The notes under the pieces: model-generated
Database searches by the model: none
Told to the model about the DNA's origin: nothing
The model's input: only the letters and a program-made list of their open reading frames with translations
Origin: Schmidtea polychroa
Lineage: Eukaryota
Length of the DNA: 64,000 nucleotides
Direction: 5' to 3'
Assembly: GCA_044892525.1 (NCBI GenBank)
Contig: CM097885.1
Location: 48,362,001 to 48,426,000, forward strand
Shown here: in pieces, positions 1 through 12,399 of the stretch
Layout of the letters: each line of letters starts with the position of its first letter
Position numbering within the stretch: position 1 is the first letter of the stretch
Made by a program: the position numbers and the translations under genes

Positions 1-1339
1 TTTTATTAAATGTTATCGACATCCAAAATACATCTATGAAATAATTTAGTATCTAAATTCGCGTAGTAAAAGATCAAAATTCACTAAAATTTTCTACAAA
101 TATTTACCATCAAATACTGGAGATGATATATATTAATTGACCATAATTCTTCAACGATTCAACCAATCGTTTTCAAGCAATAATAACAAACTAAATCATA
201 AATTTCAAGTAAATTTAAAATATCTATCCGAGATAAAGTTAACTGGTTTCTTAGCTTATGTTTTTAAAGATCATCAATGTGTAAATATTCTTAGAAAATT
301 ATTGAAAAAAATTATTTAGTCAAATGCATTACAAAGTCATCTAAAATTAAACCAATTACATAATTATTAACCTAACAGTCATTAAAAATAATTAATTTTT
401 ATTTAAAATTTAACAAATTATCAAGAAATTCAATTAAAATCATCATTAAAGCTTTAAATTTTTTAATAAATCAACATGAAATTCTTAGAAAATAATTGAA
501 AAAAAAAATATTACAAAGTCATATCCTATCACGTGATTATTAACCTGACTGTCATTAAAAATAATTTTTATTTAAAAAAAAAACCAATCAATTAAAATGC
601 ATCCAATTATCAAGAAATTAATTAAATTTATTTAGAACTAACTTAAAATTTTTAAATATTCATTCAATCCACATGATATTCACGAAAATGATAAAAATTC
701 ACAAAAACCATCAACTCTAAAAAAATAATTACTAATGAATACCTTAAACACCAAAATTTATCTAAATAATCTTTCAAATTAATTCATTAAAATTGAAGAC
801 AACACGCTCTATTTTGTCATTACATTCAATTAAAATTAAATAAATCAAGATAAGAACTTTGATAAAAAATATTATTCTAAAATGGTAAAAATTAACACTG
901 TAGTGTTAAATGAAAAGGTAATTATTCTTTAAATCTAATTAACTTAGTCATAATTTTCTTTAATTTAACCCTTTATTTACTTAATTTAGTCCTTGTTTAC
1001 CGAATATAGAAGTTTAAAATATAGACCATTGATTACTTTAATTTAAAAATGTATCCCTTAATTTACATAATTTCAATCTAAAATTATTTCAAAAAATTTT
1101 TTCTAAAATTGTCATTGAAAAATATTTCATAAAAGTTTTCATTTAAAATTTTCATTGAAAAATATTTCATAAAAATTTTCATTAAAAATTATCTTAAAAA
1201 TTATTCCATAAAAATTTCATTAAAAAATTTCAATTCTCAAACACCTTCTATTATTTTGTTAATAAATTTAAAATCTTACTTTAATTTGCTTATTACATTA
1301 CTTATTTAAAAATTATTACTTTAATTTACTTATTTAAAA

Positions 1340-2030
1340 TATTTGACCATTGATTACTTAATTTAAAAATTTGGACCTTAATTTACTTTAATTTAATTTT
1401 TTAGAACCTTAATTTACTTTAATTTTAAATTTTGAACCTTAATTAACTTTAATTCAAATTTGGACCTTAATTTACTTTAATTGAAAATTTTAGACCATAA
1501 TTTACTTAATTGAAATTTTAGACCTTAATTTGCTTATTTATCTTTAATTTACTTAAGTTTAAAAATATATACCATAATTTACTTAATTGAAATTTTAGAC
1601 TTTATTTTAGAACTCAATTGAAAATTTTAGACCTTAATTTCATGTAAAATTTTAGACCATAATTTACTTATTTGAAAATTTTAGACCTTAAATTGCTTAA
1701 TTGAAAATTTTAGACCTTAATTTGCTTATTTATCTTTAATTTACTTTAATTTAAAATTTTAGACCATAATATACTTAATTGAAAATTTTAGACCATAATT
1801 TCATGTAAAATTTTAGACAATAATTTACTTATTTGAAAATTTTAGACCTTAATTTACTTAATTGGAAATTTTAGACCTTAATTTGCTTATTTATCTTTAA
1901 TTTACTTAAGTTTAAAAATATATACCATAATTTACTTTAATTTAAAATTTTAGACCATAATTTACTTAATTGAAAATTTTAGACCTTAATTTACTTAATT
2001 GAAAATTTTAGACCATAATTTTAATGTAAA
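1340..2030 (+). repeat. Tandem ~20-32 bp subrepeats (TTGAAAATTTTAGACC(T/A)TAATTTACTTAA) in the left palindrome arm
   Basis: About twenty TTTTAGACCTTAATTTACTT-like units are read directly. Confidence 0.9.
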
Positions 2031-2329
2031 ATTGTCATTGAAAAAATTTTCATTTCTCAGGCGCTGTTTATAGTAGGTAGTTAGTAGCCCGCGGGTTCTG
2101 CTGCAACTAGTTTTTTTTTGTTGTATTTTTTTTGTATTATTACGCAATTGTATTATTTTTTTTTTCTAGAATTTTCAATACAAAAAAAAACAAGTTGCAA
2201 CAATTGCGCAATCAAATGTTGCAGCAAAAAAAAAGATGCAGCATAAAAAAAAGGCTTGCATTTGCAGCGGGCTCCTAACTACCTACTATAAACAGCGCCT
2301 GAGAAATGAAAATTTTTTCAATGACAATT

Positions 2330-3090
2330 TTACATTAAAATTATGGTCTAAAATTTTCAATTAAGTAAATTAAGGTCTAAAATTTTCAATTAAGTAAATT
2401 AAGGTCTAAAATTTTCAATTAAGTTCTAAAATAAAGTCTAAATTTTCAATTAAGTAAATTAAGGTCTAAAATTTTCAAATAAGTAAATTAAGGTCTAAAA
2501 TTTTACATGAAATTATGGTCTAAAATTTTCAATTATGTAAATTATGGTCTAAAATTTAAAATTAAAGTAAATTATGGTATATATTTTTAAACTTAAGTAA
2601 ATTAAGGTCTAAAATTTCAATTAAGTAAATTAAGGTCTAAAATTTTCAATTAAATTAAATTAGGTCTAAAATTTTCAATTAAGCAAATTAAGGTCTAAAA
2701 TTTTCAAATAAGTAAATTATGGTCTAAAATTTTCAAATTAGTAAATTATGGTCTAAAATTTTACATGAAAATTATGGTCTAAAATTTTCAATTAAGTAAA
2801 TTAAGGTCTAAAATTTTCAATTAAGTAAATTATGGTCTAAAATTTTAAATTAAAAATAAATTATGGTATATATTTTTAAACTTAAGTAAATTAGGGTCTA
2901 AAATTTCAATTAAGTAAATTAAGGTCTAAAATTTTCAATTAAAGTAAATTAAGGTCCAAATTTTGAATTAAAGTTAATTAAGGGTCAAAATTTAAAATTA
3001 AAGTAAATTAAAATTCTAAAAAATTAAATTAAAGTTAATTAAGGTCCAAATTTGTAAATTAAGTAATCAATGGTCAAATATTTCAAATAA
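2330..3090 (-). repeat. Reverse-complement subrepeat block in the right palindrome arm
   Basis: Repeated AAGTAAATTAAGGTCTAAAATTTTCAATT. Unit order differs from the left arm. Confidence 0.9.
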
Positions 3091-4444
3091 GTAAATTAAA
3101 TTAATAATTTTTAAATAAGTAATGTAATAAGCAAATTAAAGTAAGATTTTAAATTTATTAACAAAATAATAGAAGGTGTTTGAGAATTGAAATTTTTTAA
3201 TGAAAATTTTTATGAAATATTTTTCAATGAAAATTTTAAATGAAAACTTTTATGAAATATTTTTCAATGACAATTTTAGAAAAAATTTTTTGAAATAATT
3301 TTAGATTGAAATTATGTAAATTAAGGGATACATTTTTAAATTAAAGTAATCAATGGTCTATATTTTAAACTTCTATATTCGGTAAACAAGGACTAAATTA
3401 AGTAAATAAAGGGTTAAATTAAAGAAAATTATGACTAAGTTAATTAGATTTAAAGAATAATTACCTTTTCATTTAACACTACAGTGTTAATTTTTACCAT
3501 TTTAGAATAATATTTTTTATCAAAGTTCTTATCTTGATTTATTTAATTTTAATTGAATGTAATGACAAAATAGAGCGTGTTGTCTTCAATTTTAATGAAT
3601 TAATTTGAAAGATTATTTAGATAAATTTTGGTGTTTAAGGTATTCATTAGTAATTATTTTTTTAGAGTTGATGGTTTTTGTGAATTTTTATCATTTTCGT
3701 GAATATCATGTGGATTGAATGAATATTTAAAAATTTTAAGTTAGTTCTAAATAAATTTAATTAATTTCTTGATAATTGGATGCATTTTAATTGATTGGTT
3801 TTTTTTTTAAATAAAAATTATTTTTAATGACAGTCAGGTTAATAATCACGTGATAGGATATGACTTTGTAATATTTTTTTTTTCAATTATTTTCTAAGAA
3901 TTTCATGTTGATTTATTAAAAAATTTAAAGCTTTAATGATGATTTTAATTGAATTTCTTGATAATTTGTTAAATTTTAAATAAAAATTAATTTTTTTTAA
4001 TGACTGTTAGGTTAATAGTTATGTAATTGGTTTAATTTTAGATGACTTTGTAATGCATTTGACTAAATAATTTTTTTCAATAATTTTCTAAGAATATTTA
4101 CACATTGATGATCTTTAAAAACATAAGCTAAGAAACCAGTTAACTTTATCTCGGATAGATATTTTAAATTTACTTGAAATTTATGATTTAGTTTGTTATT
4201 ATTGCTTGAAAACGATTGGTTGAATCGTTGAAGAATTATGGTCAATTAATATATATCATCTCCAGTATTTGATGGTAAATATTTGTAGAAAATTTTAGTG
4301 AATTTTGATCTTTTACTACGCGAATTTAGATACTAAATTATTTCATAGATGTATTTTGGATGTCGATAACATTTAATAAAAATTCATATTTTTGAAGAAT
4401 TCTCTAAGAATTTTAAGAGGATTGATTGAATTAAAGGAGGATTC

Positions 4445-4950
4445 AAGTGGGTAGAATTAATGGATATAGTCGGATAGATGTTTAAAGGGGTAGAAATATT
4501 TGGTGAGAGATCGGTTAAGCTGGGATATTGTCGGTGAGATTTAATGAGAGATCGGATAAGGTGGGAATATATGATCTTTTAAGGGGGATATAGTTGGTGG
4601 GATTTAATGAGAGATCGGTTAAGATGGGAAAATATGATCTTTTGAGGGGATGTAGTCGGTTAAATTTAATGAGGGATGGGTTAAAATGGGAATATATCAT
4701 TGTAAGGGAGATATAGTCGATTGACTTTAATGAGAGAATATGATCTTTTGAGGGGATATAGTCGGCTAAATTTAATGAGGGATGGGTTAAGATGGGAATA
4801 TATCATTGTAAGGGGGATATAGTCGATTGATTTTAATGAGAGATCAGATAAGGTGGGAATATATCATTGTAAGGGAGATATAGTCGGTTAGATTTAATGT
4901 GAGATGGGTTAAGATGGGAATATATGATTTTTTAAGGGTGATGTTGGTAA
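4445..4950 (+). repeat. G-rich ~61 bp minisatellite, about 8 diverged copies
   Basis: GATATAGTCGG...TTTAATGAGAGATCGG.TAAG.TGGGAATATAT recurs at ~4463, 4523, 4587, 4648, 4711, 4756, 4817 and 4878. Confidence 0.85.
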
Positions 4951-5654
4951 AATATCAATGTTTTAAGGGAAATGGTAATTAGTCAGTTATGTATCAATAA
5001 TAATTATATCGTTTTATTAGATTGTGATTAATGCACAGTAAATTAATTTAGAACATTGTTTTATTAAGTAGGGATAATGATCGATTTACTTGGTTTTGAC
5101 AATGAAATCTTTACAGATAATTGGGATTGACTTCAACTTTAAATTATTTTTATCTTTATTTAGACGGACAACGACAAAAGTTGGAAATATTGATTTAAAA
5201 CGTCGACTAAAGAAAATTGATCTTTATTGGGAGAAATCTATCGGGTGATTTTAATTAGTAATTAAATCGGTTGGATATTGGTAAAAATGATCATTTGAAG
5301 AAATATGGATAAATTGAATCTTTCTATGCAACTACTCAGTTATATTGTACAGTCAAATTTCAAGCAATATTTATTTTAAATTTCGATTACAGTGATTTAT
5401 TTTTAGAACAAAAATTTAATTATAACTGTTTTTTGTCATTAGACTTTATAAATTGTTTAGAGTTAATGATTTTACATGTTTTATAGGGAAATATTCGTGA
5501 TAATAGGAATTAAAGATATAATTATAGTCATTTAAACGGGATTTTAAGCAATCCTTTTAGTCTGAGGGAAATATATAGCCTTTTAAGGGTATTTATCGAT
5601 AAAATACTTATCTTTAAAGACATTGATATTTCATGGAAATTTGATGCTTTCTAG

Positions 5655-6225
5655 ATGATTTTAGTAGAAAATTTACTTGGATATACAAATTATTGACATT
5701 TAAATGAATTTACTGGTTTATTAGATGTCATCATTAGTTATCTAGTCTCTTTTGGAATTTAATGATAATTATTTTTATTGTAGATTGTTGACTTTGATAA
5801 TGGTAATGAATTCATACTGAATTTTGTGTATAATTTGAGGAATTAGTAAATAGATTTCAATATACGTGTATTACTTTTAAAAAATAATTAAAATTAATTT
5901 ATTTCAATTAATTTATTCAATCTAAATAAATTATCTACTAGATCTTATTATCTTTATTATCTTAGTTGATTAACTTGAATGATTTTAGAAAATTTACTTG
6001 GATATACTAATTATTTAAATGAATTTACTGGTTTATTAGATGTTATCATTAGTTATCTAGTCTCTTTTGGAATTTAATGATAATTATTTTTATTGTAGAT
6101 TGTTGACTTTGATAATGGTAATGAATTCATACTGAATTAATTTATTTCAGTTAATTTATTCAATCAAAATAAATTATCTACTAGATCTTATTATCTTTAT
6201 TATCTTAGTTGATTAACTTAAATGA
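5655..6225 (+). repeat. Tandem direct duplication (~325 bp unit plus an internally deleted second copy)
   Basis: AGAAAATTTACTTGGATATAC...GAATTCATACTGAATT and ATCTACTAGATCTTATTATCTTTATTATCTTAGTTGATTAACTT each occur twice. The second copy lacks roughly 75 bp. Confidence 0.85.
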
Positions 6226-6434
6226 TCAGTATTTTTTTTATTTACTGGATGATTAATGACTAGAATTTAAAGTTCTTTCGTCCATTACATTTTGTTATTT
6301 ATTATGTTTTGAATAATTTAAATTTTTACAATGATTTATTTAATTTTTATCTAGTTATTGGAAAATCATACAAGTACTGGTAATCAGTTAATTAATGAAT
6401 TGCATTTTTTTTTATTAATTTTTCATCCAATTTT

Positions 6435-7110
6435 TCAAGTGAAGAGTATTTTCTTTTAAAGATCAATTTTTTATTACATAGTTGTTGGTTGTAAGTATCT
6501 GGTTGTTAATATTTGGTATCTGATTGATAGAGTTTAGTTGTAGATGATGACAAGAATATATTGCATGTGATGAAGAATATTTTGTATTTAATTGCTATTA
6601 TTTTTATGTGTTGTTAGTTGATTGTTGGTACTTGGTATCTTGTATTTAGTAGTTGGTACAGTGTTGTTTACTGATTGTTGTCATATAGTTGTATATATTT
6701 GTTAATTTCTCGATAGGTTTTGTTGGTGGTTGTTAGTACACGGTTGTAAGTGTTTAGTATTTTGTTGTTTGAAACCTAGTGGTAGCTAATTAATGAGTAG
6801 GTGGTAGTTGAGTGTTACCAATATTGCAAGTGAAGAGGATTTTCTTTTAAAGATATATTTGTTATTACTTGATTGTTTTTACTTGGTTGTTAGTACATGT
6901 TCGTAAGTTACTGGTTGTTGGTACTAAGTTGTTGGTATCTTGTATATGGTAGTTGGTACAGTATTGTTTACTGATTGTTATATAGTTGTAGGTTGATAAT
7001 ACTTAGTACCAGGTTGATGTTGGTTGTTAGTAGTTGGTATCAGGTAACTGGTTGTTAGTACTTAGTAGCTGGTTAATGGGTAGGTGGGGGTTGAGTGTTA
7101 CCAATACCCT
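6435..7110 (+). repeat. GT-rich low-complexity block with internal duplication
   Basis: CAAGTGAAGAG.ATTTTCTTTTAAAGAT occurs at ~6436 and ~6827, and GTTGAGTGTTACCAATA at ~6807 and ~7090. GGTTGTTAGTA motifs are common. Confidence 0.7.
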
Positions 7111-7556
7111 TACTACCAGTACCATTACGACCTGTACCCTTATGGGGTCAAAACATCCTGTCGGATAAACTCAGTATATATATAATAAAACTGATCAACA
7201 ATAAGTATTTATTGAATGCGATTTTTACTTTGCAATAATAAGTCAGTAGTTATCAATTAAAAGAAGAATGTTTTGTAAATTAGAATTCATTAGTATTTCA
7301 TTGTAATTTAAATTATTTTGAATTCCAAGTAGTGATGAGTTGACAATTATTCATTTTTGTTAAATTTAGACATTTTGAAAAGATTTTTTCTACTGATTGT
7401 AATTAAACATATTTTTGAAAACAGATAAAAAATTAATTTAAAAATCATTTGATAAAATACAATAAAGAATACTTAGTTGGTTGTTAGTACATAGTTGTAG
7501 GTAGTTGTTCTAGTTGTTCATGATAGTTGTACCTGATAGTTGTTAGTATCCGATTG

Positions 7557-7557
<1 letters not shown>

Positions 7558-7625
<68 letters not shown>

Positions 7626-7781
7626 GATTATAATTATTATTATTTTTATCAATATTATTATTATTTTTATTATTATTTTTAATTTTATTTTTTATTATGA
7701 TTTTCATTATTATAATTATTATTAATATTTTTATTATTTTTTATTATTATTTTTATTAATATTAATATTATTTTTATTATG

Positions 7782-7819
<38 letters not shown>

Positions 7820-8018
7820 GATTATAATTATTATTATTTTTATCAATATTATTATTATTATTATTATTATTTTTAATTTTATTTTTTATTATGATTTTCA
7901 TTATTTTTTATTATTATAAATATTTTTATTATTTTTATTTATTATTTTTTATTATAATTATTATTAATATTTTTATTATTTTTTATTATTATTTTTATTA
8001 TTAATTTTTATTATCATT
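7558..8018 (+). repeat. (ATT)n microsatellite, degenerate and internally duplicated
   Basis: Long perfect ATT runs and ATT/TTT derivatives. Confidence 0.97.
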
Positions 8019-8019
8019 G

Positions 8020-9975
8020 AAATTTGCATCTAAATTTGCCTTTGAAAATTATTTCATTAAAATTTCCATTTAAATTTGTCTTTGACAATTATTAATTCAT
8101 TAAAATTTCTATTTAAAATTAGCTTCAAAAATTATTCCATAAAAATTTCTATTCAAATTTAACTTAAAAAAAATATTTCATAAATATTTTCAATAAAAAT
8201 TAACTTAAAAAAATTATTCCATAAAAGTTTCTATTAAAATTTGACTTTAAAAAATTATTTCTTAAAAATTTTATTTTAAATTTTTATGTCTCAGAAGCGG
8301 TTGGTTATTCCAACTTTTGTTTATAAATTTTAATTTAAAGTTTTGAACCTATAATTTAAAAATAAAACATTAATTTACCTATTTATCCTTGTATTACTTT
8401 ATTTAAATTTTTTTACCATAATTTACAACCAAATATAGCCCTTATTTTCATATTTAACCAATAATTTCATGTAGTGAATGATTAATTGACAATGATTTGC
8501 AACTTTAATTACTATTGAAAAATAATACATAAAACTTTCCATCTAAAATTAACATTGAAAAATAATTCATAAAAATTAACTTAAAAAATAATTATTTCAT
8601 TAAAATTTTCATCTAAAATTAACATTGAAAAATATTTCATATAAATTTTCATCTGAAATTAACATTGAAAAATATTTCATAAAAATGTCTATTAAAAATT
8701 ATCTTAAAAAATATACGTTAAATATTTTCATTTAAAATTTTCAATTCTCAATCACCAACTATTATTCCAACTTTTGTAAATAAATTTTAAAATCTAACTT
8801 TAACTTTTTTTACTTATTACATTACTTAAATTTACTTATTTAACTTTAATTTAAAGTTTTATTTTACCATTGATTACTTAATGTTAAATTTTGAACCTTA
8901 ATTAACTTTAATTTATTTTTTAGAACCTTAATTTAGTTATTTGAGCCCATTGATTACTTTAATTTAAATATTTGGACCTTAATTTACTTATTTGAACTCA
9001 TTGATTGCTTTAATTTTAAATTTTAGACCTTAATTAACTTATTTGAACCCGTTGATTAATTTAAATTAATTTTTTTTAGAACCTTAATTAACTCATTTGA
9101 ACCCATTGATTACTTTAATTTAATTTTTTTTAAGAACCTTAATTAACTTATTTGAACCTGTTGATTAATTTAATTTAATTTTTTTTTTAGAACCTTAATT
9201 AACTCATTTGAACCCATTGATTACTTTAATTTAATTTTTTTTTTTGGATCTTAATTTACTAATTTGAACCTTAATTTACTTATTACATTACTTATTTAAA
9301 AATTATTACTTTAATTTACTCATTTAGCTTTAATTTAAAATTTGAACCATTGTTTCCTTTAATTTCATAATTTAGCCTTTAATTTACTTATTTAACTTTA
9401 AATTAAAATTATTGACCATTGTTTACTGTAATTCAATTTTTAGACCCAATATTTAATGTAATTCAAAAATTTGGACCATAATTTACTTTAATTTAAAAAT
9501 CTTAGTCCATAATTTACTGTAATCCAATTTTTAGACCCATAATTTGCTTTATTTTAAAAAAATTACCATGTTTTTTAGTGTAGACCACCTTTTTGTATTG
9601 AAAATAACCTGAGACCTTGAATTACCATACTTTTTTAGTGTAAACCGTCTTTTTGTATTGAAAATCCTAGGACTATGGAGACTCTCTCACTATAGTGTGA
9701 AAAATCCATGCTTTTTTAATGGAGACTACCTTTTTCTATTGAAATTCTCAGGACCAAGGAGACCCACCCAAATAATATTTATCCTTGGCTTGTTTATTGA
9801 AAAAAAAAAAAAAAAAAAAATTTTGTATTTAAAATCCCAGAAAACATTGGGCATTACGGCAACAATTATGTAATCAAAAAATGTCTACGGAAAAAGTTAT
9901 GCAATCAAAAGTTTGCAACATTTTTTACCCCCCCCCCCCCCCCCTATTGTTCCCGTAGGCCACTAACTACCTACT
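8020..9975 (+). repeat. Diverged relative of the palindrome arm, ending in the terminal motif CTAACTACCTACT
   Basis: Shares ATTGAAAAATATTTCATAAA, TTTCAATTCTCAA.CACC and TTATTACATTACTTATTTAAAAATTATTACTTTAATTTACT plus the AGA(A)CCTTAATT subrepeats with ~1090-2030. The motif at 9963-9975 is identical to 2275-2287. Confidence 0.8.
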
Positions 9976-9979
9976 TCGC

Positions 9980-10830
9980 TATATTCGTTAGGTTTAGATT
10001 TCTTCATCCTGGTATCATCAGCTGAATTATGACTCCTCAACCAACTTGTCACGTAGTGTATTGATTTCCAAGTTTCTAGTGGGCGACCAATTAAGTTCAA
10101 AGTCATCAAATTTGATAAGGTTGTGACTGTTAATCTGGATCATATCAGTAATTATGATATTCATTAATGAAAATCCTTGTTCTGCTTCAGCACTGCTAAC
10201 GGCAGTCATATTAACGATATTTTTCGCCTTTTCAATATTTTCTTCAAGTTTACCAATTTCCTGATTGCAATTGCTTATTACAGTTTCTAAATAATTACGG
10301 AAATCATTCTTTTGAATATCAAATTTAAAAATATTTTGAAATTCACTGAATCTTTCATCGGCCTCTATCCAGGCAACCACAATATCTACAAATTTCCAAA
10401 TACTCGGCTTCAGCAAATTTGCTAGATCATAAATTTGGCTGTTATCAATATTTCTTTTGTGCTTAATCGTACTTCATAGCAATTTATCAACCTTAATTTC
10501 AAATTTTTTATGAGAATCTCTGGATAGATTTCCATAAACTCTGTTTTCGACAAATATGTTTTTGAATGCTTCGGAGTTAATAACCTCATTCACTTTTTTT
10601 CGTAACAACGGTGACGATCTTCGAGTATTTGAAAAGCATTAATTGTTCTTCTAATAAGTTTATCTCCTTTGACAATGTTTATATTTCTAGCTTGAAGAGC
10701 ATTAGATAATAGAGAGCACTCCTATAGGATGTCAATCATTAGTGCTATATCTATTAGGAAACATTTATTTTGTAATCGTTTTGCCATTCCAAAAAACCTT
10801 TGGTTAGAGTTAGAAGAAAAAACGTATATA
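9980..10830 (-). mobile_element. Degenerate hAT transposase remnant (C-terminal half, KIAA1586-like)
   Basis: ORF 10027-10416 contains AVSSAEAEQGFSLMNII, matching the hAT C-terminal dimerisation motif (S..CERGFS). The upstream broken frame reads ...ECSLLSNALQARNINI.... Frameshifts and stops are present. Confidence 0.8.
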
Positions 10831-10931
10831 TTTTAGGGTTGGATGTGGGCTCGTTTGGGGCTTGCACAGACGTTTCAATAATAATAATACAAATACTATA
10901 AAAATAATTACTATAAATAGATCATATATAA

Positions 10932-11623
10932 CAACGGTGGGCAAATGCGGCTCTTCGTTGAGTAAACTGCGGCTCATTGATAATTGAATTCTTGATAATC
11001 GAATTCGATTTTATAAATTTACATTTGCATTTTTTGTGAACCCATTTATTTGTGATATTATTGAAGATGTATTTCCAATTTCTGAAGTAATACTTGTTAA
11101 AAAAGCGGTTGAGGAATTGGAGTTATTAGATATGAAAGAGGACCAAGCTTTGCAAATGCACCATAAATCTACTTCTATAGTTGAATTTTGGAAACTCGTA
11201 CCAGAGGCAAAATATCCACACTTAAAACAAGCTGCTTGCCGTCTAATTTCAATTTTTGTTACAACATATTGTTGTGAATCTTTATACTCCACAATGAAGT
11301 TCGTAAAGTCGAAATATCGTTCACAGTTGACCAATCAGCATCTTACAGAATTGCTGCGAACAGCTTTAACAAAGTATACACCAAATTTCAAAGATTTGAC
11401 CAAAAGTCTTCGTTAATTCAAGAAATTTTATTACTTTTTATTAATGGATTTTTATGTTTGTTACTTAATGTTTGAAATAATTATTTTGTTTTTTTTTAAT
11501 AGCGTTTAAGTCTCTTTAATCAAATTAATGAAATAAAAAAAAATATGTACTTTACTATGGTGGCTCTGTAAAAATAAATTTTCGGAAAATGGCTCTTATT
11601 GAACCCATGCGTGCCCACCCTTG
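10932..11623 (+). mobile_element. Internally deleted hAT element (Buster/Charlie/GTF2IRD2-like), 692 bp, with TIRs and 8 bp TSD
   Basis: TIRs CAACGGTGGGCA and TGCCCACCCTTG, with a perfect flanking ATATATAA duplication. ORF 11036-11416 (EFWKLVPEAKYPHLK...IFVTTYCCESLYSTMKFVKSKYRSQLTNQHL) is the hAT dimerisation domain. Confidence 0.92.
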
Positions 11624-11789
11624 ATATATAAAATTAGCAATAAATTATTAAAAATAGTAATAAATAAATACTATTAAATATAAACAGTAATAAATAAATA
11701 TTAATAAATCAAAATAGTAATTTTTATTTTATTTTAATTTTGAGAATTTTGTATAAGAGGGATTAATTTTTGCCAGAGAAGGGACGACA

Positions 11790-12310
11790 ATAGCAACAGC
11801 TTGAAAGCAAAAAGAATTTGTACCAGCTGGAGATTTATTGAATCAAGAAATAAAAAAACAGCTTGGAATTATATTTTCAGTATTTAAAGCATAGCCATAA
11901 AAGTAGAAATCAGTAGTGAAAATTCATTTGGAAAATTTGTCAAGTCGATTTAAAACAGCATTTAAAAAGTTATTGCCAATCATATATTAAAATTGTTGAT
12001 TACCCATTTTGCGAAAACAGAAATTGGCCATCAAGTAATCGATAGACCAATTGTAACAGTTTAGCAAGGGTTGCATTCTGATTCAAATAAACATCAGTTT
12101 TCTAGACGAATTGTTTTGCTTACGTAATCTTCTTAAATGACAGAGGGTAATCATCTAGGAAAACGTTACTACGAATTTATGGGTAGTAAGCGATCGTCAT
12201 TTTCCCATTCTTTGTTGAGCGATGCTGTTGATCAATTAGGATCCTGCGTTCCCGTCTTCGAAATACCTGAGGACGGTTTGTATAACCGATATCTTTTCTT
12301 AGTAACGACA
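11790..12310 (+). mobile_element. Possible decayed Penelope-like element 3' end
   Basis: Broken frames give VIANHILK ... VIDR ... NSLARVA, resembling GIY-YIG endonuclease C-termini. These are followed by the hammerhead-like core CTGAGGA-CGGTT-tgtat-AACCG-ATA. Confidence 0.4.
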
Positions 12311-12399
12311 AGTTTTTTTGAATTAAATCTTTTTGTTTTTATCATTTTGTAAATCATATTTGTACCCATATTTTATAACTAAATATTAGTATCGAGAAA

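Larger units (their letters stand above)
1..4381. repeat. Large imperfect palindrome (foldback-like inverted repeat); arms 1-2092 and 2267-4381, spacer ~174 bp
   Basis: Window start TTTTATTAAATGTTATCGACATCC is the reverse complement of the sequence ending at 4381. The same spurious 60 aa ORF occurs at 137-319(+) and 4063-4245(-). Inner ends are CTCAGGCGCTGTTTATAGTAGGTAGTTAGTAGCCCGC and GCGGGCTCCTAACTACCTACTATAAACAGCGCCTGAG. The left arm probably continues beyond the window start. Confidence 0.97.

Noticed and set aside
137..319. Identical 60 aa ORF on opposite strands (also 4063-4245)
   Set aside because: By-product of the palindrome; TTG start, AT-biased composition and no recognisable domain.
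1340..3090. CRISPR-like regular short repeats
   Set aside because: No unique spacers, eukaryotic context and no cas genes.
7540..7725. Poly-isoleucine ORF
   Set aside because: Translation of the (ATT)n microsatellite.
11011..11334. 107 aa minus-strand ORF
   Set aside because: Antisense shadow of the hAT dimerisation-domain frame.
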